This document shows, in pieces, positions 1 to 12,775 of a stretch of 64,000 nt of DNA. The position numbers and the translations under genes are program-made. Numbering within the stretch: position 1 is the first letter of the stretch; every line of letters begins with the position of its first letter. The DNA is from Octopus vulgaris. Its lineage: Eukaryota. The notes beneath the pieces were generated by a model. It ran no database searches. It had not been told where the DNA came from and saw nothing but the letters and a program-made list of their open reading frames with translations. The DNA is taken from assembly GCA_951406725.2 (NCBI GenBank), contig OX597816.1, positions 78,368,001 to 78,432,000 of the forward strand, written 5' to 3'.

Positions 1-13
1 TATTATTATTATT

Positions 14-318
14 GTTTGGCTCAGATTTGGTCTTATTCCTAGTAGAAATTATGTGGGTAACGGATTACTACCTGTAACTTTAAGTCACCACAAGTTTTCA
101 GCAGTTTTTCAATTGCTTAGAACTCCCTTCATAATCCTTGTTGTCCCTAAGAGACAAACTTTCTGTAGGATTCTACCAGGCATTCTTTTTCAATCTCCTT
201 CAACCATTTGTCAATATCCTTGCTTTCTGTTTCCAATGTACCAATTATTATAGGCATGACCGTTACTGTTCGCATGCCTCAAATTCTTCCTATTTCAAAT
301 TTTAACGGATTGTATTTT
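14..318 (-). mobile_element. R4/Dong-type RLE non-LTR retrotransposon, 3' fragment
   Basis: Minus strand encodes the ...LQKVCLLGTTRIMKGVL-type C-terminus. It abuts (TAT)n, and its 3' end resembles the copy starting at about 45053. Confidence 0.7.
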
Positions 319-979
319 TTTTTAGCAGTAAAGGTAATATTATGACATTATGTTTGCTGCTTTTTCCTTATTTCTAAATTGTCAGAATATATATCTCAAT
401 TCACAGAATTAGTTAAGTATGACAAAAGAAGTTGATATTCCTGGAAAAATATAGAAATCTTTTGTATGATTTGTCAAGGTAAATGCTATAGAGTACAGCA
501 ATTTGTAAACAATTTTACAAATGTCATGCTTTTGTAGACGAGTGTTGAGTGAATAGTGATCTGATTGCATTATTTCTAAAGCCTTTTGTGTGTGTGTGTG
601 TGTGTGTGTATGTGTGTGTGTACATTATAAAACACAAATATTATGGATATATTTCTAAAGAATTACATGCATATAAATATTATGTGTCAATGTGTGTGCA
701 TGTGTAATACCTTTCACATGTTTACTTTTGAAGTGTTATATAACATAAGGTATAAAAACATGAAAAATGTATGTACAATATAAACATATCAACATATATC
801 ATCATCATCATCATCATCATCATTATTTTATGTGTGCTTTCCATGCTAGCATGAGTTGGATAGGTCATCATGATCAGAATTAGCATGTTTTAGAGGGGTA
901 CTACTTATCTACATGAATTAGGGGTCTTCATTTCACATTTTTGTCTTTTCTTTCTTTTTGTAATTTTTCATTTTTGGCA

Positions 980-2430
980 TTTAATAATATTGAAATTATT
1001 GTGTATAGTGCTCAGGTTTACTAAAACTCATCAAATGTGCATGTATAGTGCATAGAATTATGTATAAATGTCAGAAAAGTGAACAGTGTATGAGTCATGA
1101 TCTACATGCATACATGCGTATGGTGGGAGGGGTGTGATATCAGGTGCAGTTTTGGTGAATTTCAGGAAGTATGGAGATTTTAAAGGATGCAATGTCTTGG
1201 CAGTTAACAACAGATGCAGGTAGTTTATGCCATGCTTCAGCAACTCTGAGTGTGAAAAAATGTTTCTGAAAGTTATGGGAGCTGTGCTTTTTTCTGACTT
1301 TGTAGGCATGCCCATGTATGTTCGACACATGGAGTTCAAAAAGGTGCTCAGAGTGGTTGTTGGCATGATGGTTAATAATTTTGTGGGTGTTTACCAAATC
1401 AGTTGCCAGACATCGGAGCTTCAGCGTATCTATGCCCAGGGAAACAACGCTTTCAGAGTATGGTAGATGCCTGATGGAGGGTATTTGCTTGGTTGCATGT
1501 CTCTGAACAGTTTCCAAACTGGTGGGCTGCACTATAGCCATTTACAGCCTTAAATAGATAGTTGGAGAGTGGCTGACACAGGTATTGCTGAGTGATGCCA
1601 AGACACCCTCAGCCTTCTTGACAATTTTAGAGATGTTCTTTGTCCAGTGCAAATCGCTGCTGACAGTAATGCCCAGGTCACGTTCACAAGAAGACTTCTT
1701 GATATTAGTGTTGTGGAGGGAGTATGTGGATGCTGGGTTTTCCTTCCCAAAATGCATGGTGGTACACTTGTCAACAGCCAACTTGAGTTGCCAGTATGTG
1801 ATCCATTGTTGCATTGTGTCCAGGTTCAATTACAGGAAAGATCTATAGTGTTCAGGATCTGTCCTTTTTATCTCAAGGTACAGCTTGATGTCATCTGCAT
1901 ATTTCAGCATTGGCATTCTTTAAGTTGTCATCTATGTCATTAATGTTTGCAACACACAAAAGGGAACCAAAAACAGATCCCTGCGGTACACCTGATGACA
2001 TCTCATAAGGTGAAGAATGCTGTCCTAGGGTTAAAAGCTTTAGCAAAGTCAAAGTAAACAACATCCACCCATGATCTGCCATCAATGACCCGGTTGATGT
2101 CTTCAAGAAACTCGATAAGTTGATCACAGCAGCTTGAGTTAGGGATAAATCCAAACTGCGAGGGCTGGATAAGGTTGTGAGAATTCCAGAAGTTCCAGAG
2201 TGCTTCTTTGACACAGGATTACGTCAGTTTGGCAATGCAGATAGCAAGACTGACTGGATGATAGTTGACAGGTGACTTGTGGTCACCCTTTTTGAACAGA
2301 GGAATGACACTGCCAGTTTTCCACTGCTCTGGAGTAGCACCGTTGTTAAGACAGAACTGAAAGAAGAGTGAAAACTGGTGCAGGAGAAAGTACCCACCAC
2401 ATTTGAGAAGCAAGTATATAATACCATTTG
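980..2430 (-). mobile_element. CR1-clade LINE, 5'-truncated and degenerate
   Basis: Motifs WKTGSVIPLFKKGD..NYHPVSL, SGVPQGSVFGSLL, ERDLGITVSSDLHW and KHFFTLRVAEAWHKLP, with frameshifts. Confidence 0.88.
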
Positions 2431-2574
2431 TTCAAAAACTGCTTTTAGCTTTATGTGTTAAACTTTTTTTGAGATTATGATTTCTGAGTAAAAAAAAAAG
2501 TCAGAATTCAAATTTTAAAAAATTTTGTCTCTTCCTCTGCTTTCCATGGCATTTTTATTTTTGATTATCTTTTC

Positions 2575-2752
2575 AGAAATTTGTTCAGATTTACATTTTT
2601 TAAACATTAGGGATTATGATTAGGTAAAAAGATTTTCATAAATTTAACTATTTGACAGTTTCATTTCCTACATTTTTTATATATTGGAAAAAATATTTTT
2701 CACAAAATTGTAATCTCTGATGTTTAAAACATACAAATCTGAAAAAATGTTG
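2575..2752. repeat. Imperfect palindrome, likely a foldback MITE remnant
   Basis: ttcagatttacattttttaaacattagggattatgatt matches the reverse complement of aattgtaatctctgatgtttaaaacatacaaatctgaa. Confidence 0.5.
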
Positions 2753-2869
2753 ATTGCTTGTGTACAAAAAAATTTCTGATCCTAATCTCTAGAATTGCTA
2801 TGGATAAAAAGCCACAGTGTACATAGATTAGCAGTGAGATTCCTGAGCAACTATCCAGTGTGCCTATAC

Positions 2870-3090
2870 TTAAACTCTTCAGCTTTTAAATTGGCCATAT
2901 CCGGCCAAAATATTCTATCTGTTTTATGTTCAAACAAATCAGAACTGACCTCTTATAGTTACTTATAACATTTTAAAAATAAATAAGAATGTAATTAAAA
3001 TCATGAAGCTACAGGATAATGCATGATTAATTCAAAACAAGGTGAATCTTAGCATTACACTTGACAGTTACCTGAACACTAGAGGGTTAA
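2870..3090. mobile_element. piggyBac-like MITE (related copies at about 7770-7990, 8240-8465 and 48573-48794)
   Basis: Ends in ctagagggTTAA and shares internal sequence with the cleaner copy at 48573-48794. Confidence 0.55.
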
Positions 3091-3737
3091 AACAACACTA
3101 TATATATATATATACATGTGTATACATTACAAATGCATGATTGCCAACAAAGATTTAAGGTCAATGATATATACGTATTAAGATAAAATATATTATATTT
3201 ATAGTTACAAGGAAATAAATTACTTTTCCTTGGAGTGACTGTAGACGGTAATAAAAATAAGATAAAGCTCATATTGAATGTAGGCCATTTATCATATAAG
3301 CACTTTATATAAGAAAATCACAGATATTAAACTATAATGCATCAGTAAGCAAATTTTGTTAACATTTAGATTTGCAGTTGAATGAACAACCTACATTACC
3401 CTAACCATGATCACCACCATTAATAAAAATCATCATCACTTAAAGTGGAGGGAAGTTGTAGAAGAGGGAAACCCAGGAAGACATGGGGTAAAGTACTGCA
3501 GTCTGAACTAAAAATGCTGGACCTTAAGAAGGAAATGACAGAGGACTGAGCTATGTGGTGCATTGTTATACTTGAGAAGGCCTACCCACCACAACAGAAT
3601 TGAGATCCTAAAACCAAGGTGCTATGTAAAAAGTGTTGGTGTGCGTGCTGATGCCACATAAAAAGCACTGGTATTGATGCCCCGTAGAAAGCACTGATGA
3701 TGGTGCCATGTGAAAAAGCACCCAATACATTCTGTAA

Positions 3738-4048
3738 GTGGAGGCACGTGACCTAGTGGTTAGAGTAACTGACTTGCGGTTGAATGATTGTGGGTTCGAA
3801 TTTAAAACCAGCAATGTGTGTATTTATGAGCAAAAACACCTAAGCTCCACGTGGTTCTGGCAGATGGTAATGGCGAACTTCTTCTGACTCTTTCACCACA
3901 ACTTTCTCTCACTCTTTCCTCCTGCATCTAGCAGTGCACCTGTGATGGATTGGCATCCTGTCCAGGTCGGGAACCTATATGCCAATGAAACCAGGAAACC
4001 AGCCTTTATGAGCCAGGCATGGCTCAAGAAGGAACAAACAACAACAAC
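3738..4048 (+). mobile_element. tRNA-derived SINE with a Meta/V-like core, inserted in another repeat
   Basis: tRNA-like head (ctagtggttagag ... gggttcgaat), core cctgtgatggattggcatcctgtccagg, (ACA)n tail, and an approximate TSD tctgtaa. Confidence 0.65.
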
Positions 4049-4296
4049 ACACTCTGTAAAGGGGTTGGTATTAGGAAGGACATCTAGCTGCAGAAACCAA
4101 GCCAAAACAGACTATGGAACCTGGTGTGGCTCCTGGCCTTGCCAGTTCCTGTCAAGCTGTTCAGTCCATGTTAGCATAGAGAACAGATGTCAAATGTTGA
4201 TGATAATGATGGTTGTCATCATAACATTTATATAAAGTTGATTGGGTTGCATGAGTTTATTGATTAGCATCCTTCCATTCATTTGGATCATATATT

Positions 4297-4502
4297 CTTT
4301 TCTACTCTAGACACAAGGACCATAATTTTGGGGGAGGGGGCCAGTCAATTAGATTGATCCTAGTACACAACTGGTACTTAATTTATTGACCCCAAAAGGA
4401 TGAAAGGCAAAGTTGACCTTGGTGGAATTTGAACTCAGAACAGATGAAATACTGCTAAGCATTTCGCTCAGTGTACTAACGTTTCTGCCAGCTTGCTGCC
4501 TT
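4297..4502 (-). mobile_element. tRNA-derived SINE with a Nin/Deu-like core and a 16-bp TSD
   Basis: TSD atttggatcatatatt on both sides, A/B boxes on the minus strand, and core ctttcatccttttggggtcaataaattaagtaccag. Related copies at about 26830-27030, 38790-38995, 39700-40155, 48055-48260, 50804-51029 and 51885-52070. Confidence 0.85.
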
Positions 4503-4541
4503 ATTTGGATCATATATTGTTTCAGTTTGAGAAGCCTAATA

Positions 4542-5004
4542 TGTGTTGCGTAGCCAACTAGAAACGGTGTTTCTTGGGGCTAAATAGCAATAAGATTTTG
4601 CCCTTTCCTGGGACTGCCATATTAAGTTGACAGCAAGCCATCACTTTATCATGCTGTTACTGCATAACTCTCTCTGAGAGACTTAGAAATGTAATATTTC
4701 TATTTTTGTAGACCAGCGAATGTATTTCACATGAGATTCTATAAATTTTTAACAGCAGATTAGCTGTGACATCTAGCAAGACCAAGCTACTCCAGACTGA
4801 TTAAGAGCAATAAGCTTGAAACTAGTCTCTGGTTGCTGGCTTTGCTGGGTGGAGGTGCTTATCTCCCCTGTTTGAAAACTTAAGGACACAGAATGCTTGT
4901 GTCATGTAGCCAGCTAGAAATGGTGTTTCTTGGGGCTAAATAACAGTAACACTCTTCCCTTTCCTGGGGCTGCCACATTAAGTTGGCAACAAGCCATCAC
5001 TTTA
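4542..5004. repeat. Pair of ~105-bp direct repeats (4542-4648 and 4898-5004)
   Basis: gtagcca.ctagaaa.ggtgtttcttggggctaaata...aagccatcacttta occurs twice. Confidence 0.75.
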
Positions 5005-5149
5005 ATTTTAATATATTTTTGTTAAAATTCGGTTTTCAAGATACTTTTATTATTGAAAATTTCAAGTACATGCTTCAATCAAAAACTAATTTTTATTCAC
5101 TGTGACATTTTAATTCACTGCAAAATAGTGTTTATACATCCAAAAATAA

Positions 5150-7367
5150 TAGTGTATTTGGAAAGTAATTGTGATTTTCACCGCTATGAAATATGAATCA
5201 GCCAATCATATCAGAGCCAAGGTTGAATGGGCGGCAACTATCTAGAAATAATATATCGTCTCTTCTATTCAGCAGTGTGTCATTCATTGTTATTTCTGTG
5301 ATTAATCCCATAGAAGATAAGAACTTTATGAAACAATATATTCACCATTGCTTACTGTATGAGTTTGAAAAGAAAAGTATGACTACAGAAGCAATGAAAA
5401 ACATTTGTGAAGTGTATCCAAATGCAGTGGAAGCTTGTATATGTCAGCTGTGGTTTAAAAGGTTTAAAATGGCAATAGGAAATGACAATGGACCAAGAGA
5501 TTTGGTGATATGTGGTTCTTGAGAAGACCTGTCCATGTCAGCAAAACTGAGTTCTAGGAGTGCTGTGTATTCCACCCACATGTAACAATAAAAATTTTCA
5601 CACACCTTACCCCAACAAACCAAACTGCATCTCTTCTCTTCCTCACATATCCTCTTTCATACACTGTGCTTATCTCTCACTCCCCAATCCTGTCTTCACG
5701 GCCCTGCTCACTGTATCATTGCCATCCAGTAGTACCCCACCCCCTCTATATACCCAGGTTTTTGCCAGTCACTGCATTCTCCACCTCCACTCTCTACTCA
5801 CTCTTCTTTGGCAATGCCCTGCCACTTATATTATGACTTCCATATCTTGAGGATATGTCCTGGTACTTGCCACCATCTTTCTTTGTCTTCTTTCACTCTA
5901 CTATCCCATTTATATTCTAATCTCCATCCCTTGTGAATATGCCCTGGCACTTCATCACCATCTCTCTTTGCTCTCTCTTGCACTCTTACTGTCTACCACT
6001 CTCTCCTTCTCTTGCTCTTCCCTTAGGCTGGGTAACCATCTATTTCCTTTACAGTAGCATGCCTGTTTCTGTCCTCATTCTTGATCACTCTCTCTCTCTC
6101 TCCGGCTGGGAAACCATATACATTCTCTACAGCAAGACACCTGTTTATGTCTCTCTATCACACTCTAACCTCTCATCATCTGTCACAAGATCACTTCCTC
6201 CAATGCCCACTCCCCTCTCAAATGATCTTGCAGGTTACTTGCTGACCCTGTCAGTGCTGGTGCCACGAAAAGAGCATCCAGTCCACACTGTAAAGAGGTT
6301 GGCACTTGGTAGGACTTCCATCTGTAAAAACCATGCCAAAACTGACCTTACCTGTGCTCATACCACATAAAAAGCATTCAGTCCACTTTGATGGGTGGTA
6401 GGTGTTAGGAAGGGCATCCAACTATAAAAACTGTGCCAAAACATATACAGAAGTTTCGTGCAGTCTTCTGCCTGGCCAGCTTCTGTCAAACTGTCCGACC
6501 CATGTCAGCATGGAAGACGGACGTTAAACAATGGCGGTGATGATGATGATGATGATATTATATTGGATCCACTTCAAAGCACCAGAGATTTGGTGCAAAA
6601 ATTTAATGTGTCAGGCAAATTGGGAAAACATGCAAAATGGAAATTTTGGTTCCACACGAGCTTATGCTTGAGAACAGAACACAACGTTACCATCTGCAGC
6701 AGTTTTCTAACCAGGAATAACAACCTGTCATTATTGGAGCTCATTGTTACAGGTGATGAAAAATGGGTTTTGTATCACAACAGAAAAGAAAAAAGACAAT
6801 AGTTTTCATGTAATGAAAGGCCAGTGCCAACACCAAAGTCAGAATTCCCTCCACAAAAATCCTTGTTCTGTGTTTGGTGGAATGAGCTACTGGAACATAG
6901 AAGGACCATCAATGCAGATGTCTATTGCCAACAACTTGATCATGTTAATGAAAAATTATTTTGAAAGTGGCTAGCTTTGGTAAACAGAAAAGGTGTTATT
7001 CTCCAGCATGACATTGCATGGCCACACTCTTCAAAATAAGTCCAAGAAAAAATAAGATTGTTAGGATGGGAAGTTCTTCCACATCTTCCATACTTGGCAC
7101 CTATGGATTTCGATCTGCTCTGATCACTAGAACATTTTATAAACGGCAAAACATTCAGAAACAGAGAAGAAGTTGAGAACAGTCTTTCAGACACTTTTTT
7201 CAGGAAAAGAAATAGGTTTCTTTGAACATGGCATAAAAAAGTTACTTTCTAATTGGACTGCAACAAAGGTGATTTACATTCTTGATTAAAACTATTCAGG
7301 TAAACATAATTTACATTCGTTTTTATATCCTTTCTGGTGAAATGCAATTTACTTTCCTAACACCCTA
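5150..7367 (+). mobile_element. mariner (DD34D) transposon, degenerate, interrupted by a ~1-kb insertion at about 5520-6555
   Basis: TIRs tagtgtatttggaaagtaattgtgattttcacc / ggtgaaatgcaatttactttcctaacacccta. Motifs HCLLYEF, WFKRFK, IVTGDEKWVLY, QHDIAWPH and PYLAPMDF. Confidence 0.88.
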
Positions 7368-8931
7368 ATGTAAAGGTTGCTCAAATATTTACATTGCTTT
7401 CTACAAATTATGGATTTAATTCATCTGCAGCCAATGTCATATTTGTTGGTTGCTGAAGAAATAGAAATCTGAATAAGTACTTCCCCACTCATTTTGTTTC
7501 CTCATAACTTTTTGAAAAATGGATATTTTTTAATGAAATTTTCAACTTATACATTTCAGATGGTGTAGAATACAATTAACTGTGGTCTCTGTTAACTGTT
7601 GAATATATAACTTGTCTGTTTTCTTCTTACAGTTGTGAGCATTTTACATACAACCAAGCATTGCAAGAAAGTTTAACCACAGCAATAATAGTTGCCTTCA
7701 TCCAAGTATCATATACAAAAAAAAAAGAAAAAGAAAAAATTATTTCTTGTATGGTTTACTGTGGCTTCAACCCTTTTGTTACCATATTTCTGTTGAAATA
7801 TGTTTTGTTTCAATTAATCTTGTAAATAATGAAAACTTTAGTAAAATAACTTTGTCATTATTAAGCTGGTGTTTGAAGCCTAAATCAAAGTCAAATTTTG
7901 ATGGAATGTTTTAATTTACATTGCTTTAAACAGGAAGTTTGTATCATAGAATCCAGGCTGGTTCTGGTGAGTTGGTATCAAAAGGGTTAAAGGGGAATTT
8001 TGGGAAGCAACTACCAAATATTTTAATAGGGAACTGGATAAAGAAAGGTTATGAGATTTGGATGTTTCCTTTCTTTCTTTCTTTTTTTTTTTTACACAGA
8101 TATATGAAAAATAAAGCAAGGTTCTTCTGCATTCTTATCATTACCTTCTTGCATACCGGTGTGTGTCTGCAACCTAGTATTCACCAATATTAGTTTTAAA
8201 CTTATAACTTTCGTTATGAAAACTGGAGAGTTTACACTTGAATCTCTTAGCATTTGAATTAGCCATATCTGGTCCAAATATTCTAGCCATTTTATGTTCA
8301 AACTGGCTAGATCCTGCCTACCACAATTATCCTACAATGTCATTCTAAATATAAACAATCATATCATCGAAATCTCAAAACTATGAGATAATGCATAATA
8401 AATTCAAAGCAGTATGAAGAAATAAGCATTACATTAGACAGAGTAGTCAGAATACTAAAAGATTAAAGAATTCCTTACCAATGATCTTCAGGCATCAGTA
8501 TTAGTAACTTATTTGTTCATTAAGTATTTCTTTACCAAAAACTATCGAAATACAGAATTGTTATACTGGAAAGTGCTTGAAGCTCTTTTTATGCTAAATG
8601 TTCTTAACATTTGGGAGTAAAATGAAAAACTGACCCATGCTACTTGTAGTAATGTAATATATGAAACTATGAAGAATACAATCAAGACAGTATTTGGAGA
8701 TATTTCACTAAGTAAGGATATAATACAAGCTATAAAATTTGAACGAGTGTGCATAAACTTTAATACTACTGGTTTTGTAGAAAAAAGAGGAGGCAAATGA
8801 TTTTACAGAGGCAACTATCAGTCTTATTGTGATAAGGTAAACCACCCACCACACAGTGAAAGCAAAATCATGAAATGCTTTAAGTGAAAGACCACAAAGA
8901 ATATTGACAGAGACTGTCAATATTCTTAGAT

Positions 8932-9235
8932 GCAGGCATGGCTGTGGTTTCAGGTTCAGTCTCACCGTGTGATACTTTTGGCAAGTGTCTTCTACTATAG
9001 CTCTGAGAAAACCAAAGCCTTGTGAATGGATTTGGCAGATGGAAATTGAAAGAAGCCTGTCATATATAATAAATGTATTTACATGGGTGTGTTAGTGTTT
9101 CCTTGTCCTGACATTGTGTGGTAATTGTAAACAAGTATCAATGTCATACAAGTGGTTCACTTCATTCTCAATTTTCCATGAAAATATGCCTGGCCATGGA
9201 GAATTATTACTTTACTTGGGAACAATTGAGGGTTC
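8932..9235 (+). mobile_element. CORE-like tRNA SINE, degenerate
   Basis: gcaggcatggctgtgg...ttggcaagtgtcttctactatagc...ggaaattgaaagaagcctgtc, same family as 45687-46110. Confidence 0.7.
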
Positions 9236-10322
9236 TCTTCTACATTTAATTATTTGAAATCTTCCTATAAGGAGGGAGCTAGTTTCTAACAAAGATACAA
9301 AGCTCCCTCATTGGAATGTAGATAACAGTTTAAGATTTCATAAAAAGTTTGCATATTTCTACCGTCCCCTTACAGATTGTATTTGTAATGTGTCTGTTAG
9401 CTGGTTGATTTCTTTTTTTGAAAACTCCTTATCCAGATTGTCACTTCTTTATTTACAAAACCAAGTGTGCCAACTATTATTAGTATAAATGTGAATTTAT
9501 AATCTGGATATAGAAGTTGGAAATTTCAAAGCACTTGTCTGCATTTATCTTCTTTCTCTTTAATTTTTTAAGAGATATTCCATCAACCCATGACAGCTGA
9601 TCTCTATGATGGTTCATACATTTCTTCTATGAGCCAAACAACAATATCAGGACCTTGTAGTATAATGCCTTGTAATCTAGCTCTTTGTATTCTGTGTTTA
9701 AATCCTGCCATTGCCTACTTGGGTAGTAATCCATTTTCCAGTTTAGCACCATTGTCTAGCTCCTTGCATGACTCTAGTTGAGTTCACACAGTTGCAAGCA
9801 TTTTGGGTCCAATCTTAGGATTGAGTATACCTTCCTCCCTCCTGCTTATATCAGATCTGTAAAATGTCACAAACTCTAACTTCTCTCCTGATTAAAAGAG
9901 AAAAAAAAAAGAAAAAAAGAAAGAAAAAAATTTGAATGCAGAACATGGAACATAAAGAAATTAAACAACTCTGTCAACTCTTAAATCAAACTTTTATACT
10001 GCACTTACAGAAACATTTGTGACCTCAGTAGTTATTAAGTTACATGGAAAGGCCATGGACATGGATTATCAGTATTGAGGTATTAGGTGTTGGTCTGAAG
10101 TATTTTCTGGGCAACACCCAAGTATTTTTGTTTGTGCTATAGAATTTCAATATTATATAACTCTATGCAACAGTAATCTTTTTATTATAAATATAAAATA
10201 AGGTGAATTAGATAAAACATACATACGTCTGTCTGTATGTATGTGTGTGTGTGTACGTATGTATGTGTGTGTGTGTACGTATGTATGTGTGTATGCACAT
10301 ACATTCATGCACTCCTGTATGC

Positions 10323-10366
<44 letters not shown>

Positions 10367-10377
10367 ATGTGTGCATA

Positions 10378-12629
10378 GGTTGAAGTTACTAAGTCACATG
10401 ACTGTTTAGAAGATTCTAGATTAATGCATGAGTATATAAGGAAGGCCTGGTCTCTGTCTGTGGGAAGTAGTAAGCAGAAGTTAGTCAGTGTGAAACTAAT
10501 TATAAAGGAACTACATTTTGCAGATGTGTGTTTTGAAGACACCTAGCTGTCCTTGACTTCTCTGGGCAAACTGGCTTGCTGGGCTGGTCTGTGGTTTCCC
10601 TACTACTAACTTTTGCTGTTGGAGTTGTGGTGGTACAGAAGGCCAAGTTTTGCAACATTGATATCAGGAGTATGATGTACCTAATGGTGACCAGAAAGTA
10701 GTTTTGGATCCTAGACTGAAACATGAGGCTCCAGTGTTTAGGCCCTGATCCAGTGAAGTGTAAGTTGCCATTAAAAAGAAGCCATTAAAAAGAAGCCACA
10801 AGAATTTGATGCCAAGGTATCATAGAGGGCCTACTGTGTCCAGTTTGAGCGGGATCAGAATAGGTGGAATGATAAGCAAAAAGAGTAGTTCATGTTGTTA
10901 CTAGTCTGAAAGGTGCTGCAATGGGGTGCTGAGCCACCTGTCAGTGGAAGAGAGGAGCTGTTATTTGTCACGAGTTGAAGTATTACAGAAAAGGTATGGC
11001 ACCATGTACCAGAATGAAGTGTACAAAGCATGATTTTGGGTCCATGTAAGGGCTACAGAGCAGTCACTATAGCAGCTTGTCCAGGACCTGGAGAGTGTGG
11101 TGAATAAGGCATACCCTATGACAACATCTGGTCTCTTGGGTCTTCTTCTTAAAGATCAGTTTTTCAACATTCTGGGCAGTGTAGAGCTCAAAGTTGAAGT
11201 GAAGGAGGCACAGGAAGTTTCCAGGTGGGCTACAGTTCCAGATTCAAAACAAAGATGGAGCAAGTACATGAAGCAGGAAGATTTAATGGACATTGTTGGT
11301 ACTGTGAGAAGCCAGGGCATAAAAGAAAGGACTGTTATAAGAAAAGAACAAGAGATATTTGGAGGAAGTTGCTGACACTGTTGGAAGCCAGGACACCAGA
11401 AGTAAGATTGGTACAGTCTGGAGAGAGAGCAAAAGTAGAACGATCATTGAAAGTTTACATTTAGGATAGAATGCTGGACATGTGGTGAAAAAGAATATCT
11501 GAGTTTTGACTGCCCTGCTAAAAGGAGAGTAAGAAGGTAACCAAAGGATTAGAAGAGTTGGGAAACTAGAAGGGGCTGGTGTTAAGGGGCAACAGCCTGC
11601 CAAAGATTCCAAAGAAGCCTCTGCTCCAAGAAGATGTAAAAGGACTGTGATTGACAGTGTACAAGTGGTCAGGAGGACTGATGACCAGAGGTGTCCCCTT
11701 GTAATTGATTCAGCCTCAGAGCAGACTTTTGTGAGACTCAAGGTGTTGCAGCATTGAAACCTACCAGAGTCATCACAGTAGTTGTCAAGATAGTAAAGAT
11801 GGACCACTGCTGGTGATGAGGTGAGGGCATTACAGATGAGATCCCACCAAGATCATAATTACTGATCTCAGTGTAGTGTGAGTGACTCACTTGATGTCTG
11901 TCTGGGGATGGTGGGGCCCAACAGGCAGTACAAGATGAAGGCTGGAGTGATAGTGGGACAAATCCTGGTGCAGAAGTGCAATTTCTTGGGGATGGGGGGG
12001 GGGGGGGGGCAGAAGATTTACAAAGCACAAATTGTGGGACTGACCAAGAGCAGAGTTGACTGGAAACATGCTGAAGTAGTGTAGTTAGGGGAAGTTGGAG
12101 TCTGCTAGTGCATTTACAAGACCTGTTTGCACAGAGCTGTCAGTGCTTGGATGGCATTCAGGTGTTGTGGTTGAGGCAGCTGTTAGCAAGGTATGCTGAT
12201 GTGTTCTCTGCAGGAGACTGATACCTTGGTTGCATGGATCTGGTGGAGCACCATATTGACACTGGAGATCATCACCCAATCAAGCAAAGGGTTCAGAGGA
12301 TGGAGTCAGCTCAGCAGCAGGAAATGGAAAAGGTAAGGGATGATTATCAATGTCAGGGGCAATGGAAAAATTGAGCAGTCCCTGGGCATCAGGAGTTGTT
12401 TTAGTGTGGAAGAAAGACAGTTCAGCGAAATATTGGGGTTATGAAGCTCTGAATAAAGTGACAGTGAAGGATGCATATCCTTTGCCATAAATTGATGACA
12501 TGCTTGATGCTTTAGCAGGTGCTTAGTGGTTCTCTACTTTGGATATGAAAGCAGGGTACCATCAAGTCCCTGCTACTGACTTTTGCTATTGGAGCTGTGT
12601 TGGTACAGAAGGGAGACTGTTTTGCAACA
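10378..12629 (+). mobile_element. Gypsy LTR retrotransposon relic: 5' LTR, PBS, gag, protease, partial RT, partial 3' LTR
   Basis: The LTR end ...ttttgcaaca (about 10657) is followed by a degenerate tRNA-Leu-type PBS tgatatcaggagtatgat. Then a CCHC knuckle CWYCEKPGHKRKDC, protease LVIDSASEQTFV and RT DAYPLP.IDDMLDAL..WFSTLDMKAGYHQV. The LTR end is repeated at 12567-12629. Confidence 0.85.
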
Positions 12630-12775
12630 GTATATTTATTTTTGAACATATCTCATTATTATTATCATATCTATTTTCCATATTGCTATGGGTTGGATAA
12701 GTTGTCATGGACTGTGACAGTTTTTAATCAGAGATACTGTTATTCTAGATGCAAAGGAGAACAGCATCTCAGTCA

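Noticed and set aside
3738-3812. tRNA-like sequence
   Set aside because: It is the head of a SINE (continues into core and tail) and the cloverleaf is degenerate. The same applies to the other SINE heads.
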